Assembly: GCA_039024555.1 (NCBI GenBank)
Contig: JBCCQQ010000028.1
Coordinates: 1 to 64,000 of the forward strand
Direction: 5' to 3'
DNA: 64,000 nt
From: Cyanobacteria bacterium P01_D01_bin.156
GTDB lineage: Bacteria; Cyanobacteriota; Cyanobacteriia; Phormidesmidales; Phormidesmidaceae
Shown: piece after piece, positions 61,940-64,000 of the stretch
Position numbering within the stretch: the first letter of the stretch is position 1
Layout of the letters: every line of letters begins with the position of its first letter
The notes under the pieces: generated by a model
What the model was told of the DNA's origin: nothing
The model's database searches: none
What the model saw: the letters and a program-made list of their open reading frames with translations, nothing else
Position numbers and translations under genes: made by a program

Positions 61940-62836
61940 ATGAGATATAAGCCTACTTGGATTGGAATTTTGGCTGGGTTGATGCTGACATCAGCAGGCT
62001 GCAGCAGTACAGCCAACACAGCAGCGATAAAAGGAACTCAGGGAACAATTACCCAGAATCCTACCCCCGATAATATTCAAGCTGCTCCAATCATTAGATT
62101 GGTAGGAGCTAGTACCCCTTACCCAGCTATGCAGCTGTTGAGTAATACCTACGAATTAAAGGCCAACAATATACAAATAGCATTTTTGGATTCTAGTCAG
62201 TCAAGTGGTGGAATTGCTGCTGTTAAATCAGGATTAGCTGAAATTGGTACAGTAACCCGTCCCCCTAAACCTGAAGAATCAAGTCGTGATTTAAGCTATC
62301 GAGAAATTGCTAAAGATGCTTTGCTAGTAGCGGTTCATCAGAGTGTAAAAGGGATTAATGACTTAACAACTCAAGATCTAAAAGCAATTTACAGTGGCCA
62401 GGTCACTAACTGGAAAGTCTTCGGTGGGCCTGATGCTGAAATCATTGTTTTAGATAGAGCAGAAGATACCTCAGCCAAACGATTGTTGCGTAAACACTAT
62501 CTAGGAGATAGTCTCAAAAATTCACCCAATTCCATTTTGCTGCGCCGTGAAGCAGATTTGGTAGAAGCACTTCAAAATACTCCTCATAGTATTGGCGTAG
62601 TCTCTTTGGCAAAAACTACTAGTGAAAACTTATCCGTCAATATCATTACGTTAGATGGTATTGCTCCCAATGCAGAGAACTTAAAGTCGAATCGATACGT
62701 TATGCATAGAACGTTGGGGATTGTTTGGTACGGCACCCCCTCCAATACAAGTCAAGAATTTATAGACTTTATTTTGAGCGAAACAAGTTCGAATATCCTC
62801 AGTCAGTCAGGATTTGTTCCAAGTTTTACGGATTGA
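61940..62836 (+). CDS. PstS-like (type 2 periplasmic binding fold) substrate-binding lipoprotein
   Basis: Lipobox 'SAGC', 'GASTPYP', 'SSGGIAAV', 'IYSGQVTNWKVFGGPD', 'YVMHRTL'. Confidence 0.85.
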   Translation: MRYKPTWIGILAGLMLTSAGCSSTANTAAIKGTQGTITQNPTPDNIQAAPIIRLVGASTPYPAMQLLSNTYELKANNIQIAFLDSSQSSGGIAAVKSGLAEIGTVTRPPKPEESSRDLSYREIAKDALLVAVHQSVKGINDLTTQDLKAIYSGQVTNWKVFGGPDAEIIVLDRAEDTSAKRLLRKHYLGDSLKNSPNSILLRREADLVEALQNTPHSIGVVSLAKTTSENLSVNIITLDGIAPNAENLKSNRYVMHRTLGIVWYGTPSNTSQEFIDFILSETSSNILSQSGFVPSFTD

Positions 62837-62899
62837 TACTGATGTAAACACAAAGAGTTCAATATTAAACGCTACTTGAACTGCTTGATGCTCTGATCC

Positions 62900-64000
62900 A
62901 TGTCTATATACCGTTTTAAGGTTCCATCACAGAAGTTCTCTGGAATAGAACAGAGTGTTGATGATGTGATCGTCAACTTATTCAAACGCATTAGGGTAAA
63001 AACTATCGGCACTTTCCAGTTTTCGAACCTCAGCCTGGCAGGTAAAATTCTGATCCCAATGCTGTCCATTTTTCTGGGTATGTGGTCAGTGGGAACAGTT
63101 TCGGTAGGATACTTTGAAACTAGAAAACAAGAAGAAGCACTTAAAGCAGAAACTCAGAAGACAACTGTGCAAATTGTTAAGGAGATAGAATCTTCTCAAG
63201 AATTGCTAGGTTTTCAAGCAAAGTCAATTACGGACATTACGTTCTTAACAGAAATCGTAGCCAGTGGGGATCAAAAAGCATTACTGAAAGCCTTATTACC
63301 GCTCAAATTAAGTTTTCACCTTGATTGGATTAAGATTATCGATCCAGAGGGTAAAGTACTTGCCGATTTGAGAAGTTCCGCCTTAGGTTCTGCTCGACTG
63401 CACGATACACAGGTGATGTCGTTAGCTCAAAATGGTTTATTGGTAGATGGAGTGGTCATTGCTGAGAGCCCAGGCCCTCCTTTACTGATTAAGACATTAT
63501 CTATTACTTCAAAACAAGAAGATGTGGGCAGTATCTTAGTGGGACATGCTCTGACACCAAATGTACTAACAGATATGTTGGCCGCTGAACGACAACAATT
63601 GATTGTCTTGCAGGGCAATAACGTCATTAGCTCCACATTACCAACAATAGATCCATCTGATTTAGCCGAGCAATCGCAGCGGGTTCAGCAAATTCAATTA
63701 GATGGCATCTCCTATTTGAGTCGTGCAGTTGAACTGCCATGGCTTAACAGCGATGAATTTCAAATAATTGTGCTCACTCCGTTAGCACAATTTCATGCAT
63801 CTCAGCGGCAGATGTGGTTGTTGGTTTATGGGATTGGCTTGCTCGGAGGTGGGTTGATCTCCATAACAGGATTATGGACAACTCGTTTAATTACCAACCG
63901 CATTACTAAACTCACTGAAGCCACGCAAAAGCTAGCTGCAGATGACTTGTCTATTTCTATTCCAGTGGATGGCAATGATGAGGTGGCTGTTCTAGCTAAG
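62900..64000 (+). CDS. Membrane sensor protein (TM-periplasmic sensor-TM-HAMP), truncated by the window end
   Basis: Open frame read by hand from ATG 62900 to the edge (not in the ORF track): TM1 'KILIPMLSIFLGMWSVG', 'LDWIKIIDPEGKVLAD', TM2 'WLLVYGIGLLGGGLISITGLW', HAMP 'ITNRITKLTEATQKLAADDL...DEVAVLAK'. Confidence 0.85.
   Translation, partial: MSIYRFKVPSQKFSGIEQSVDDVIVNLFKRIRVKTIGTFQFSNLSLAGKILIPMLSIFLGMWSVGTVSVGYFETRKQEEALKAETQKTTVQIVKEIESSQELLGFQAKSITDITFLTEIVASGDQKALLKALLPLKLSFHLDWIKIIDPEGKVLADLRSSALGSARLHDTQVMSLAQNGLLVDGVVIAESPGPPLLIKTLSITSKQEDVGSILVGHALTPNVLTDMLAAERQQLIVLQGNNVISSTLPTIDPSDLAEQSQRVQQIQLDGISYLSRAVELPWLNSDEFQIIVLTPLAQFHASQRQMWLLVYGIGLLGGGLISITGLWTTRLITNRITKLTEATQKLAADDLSISIPVDGNDEVAVLAK

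Overview
Chromosomal window of a cyanobacterium: roughly 29 HIP1 octamers (GCGATCGC, counted by eye) and typical cyanobacterial genes (CRR7, DUF3143, DUF3326, fed3-like ferredoxin, thiO-thiG fusion). A filamentous, probably marine Leptolyngbya-like strain is an inference. Most of 1-45 kb is housekeeping: acnB, mscS, an LCP protein, sir, pstSCAB with a Pho box, menG, a TPP riboswitch with a Na+:solute symporter and thiC, pyrE, tRNA-Ile2(CAT), pgeF and cimA. It also carries an accessory vanadium haloperoxidase. The stand-out is a ~10 kb divergent heme/redox locus at 45.8-55.4 kb. One arm encodes a ResB/CcsB-like protein, an unusually long CcsA and a Tat-lipoprotein Rieske protein. The other arm encodes a membrane-anchored tandem globin, two translationally coupled multiheme cytochromes c (5 + 6 heme motifs, one CX4CH), a DUF3365 heme lipoprotein, a His-rich membrane protein and a membrane thioredoxin, behind an NtcA-type promoter. 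This looks like an undescribed cyanobacterial periplasmic multiheme electron-transfer system, plausibly for nitrite/NO metabolism (inference). After tRNA-Gly the sequence is AT-rich and encodes a duplicated PepSY-TM protein, a PstS-like binding protein and a HAMP sensor cut by the window end. All family calls come from motif recognition; no database searches were run.
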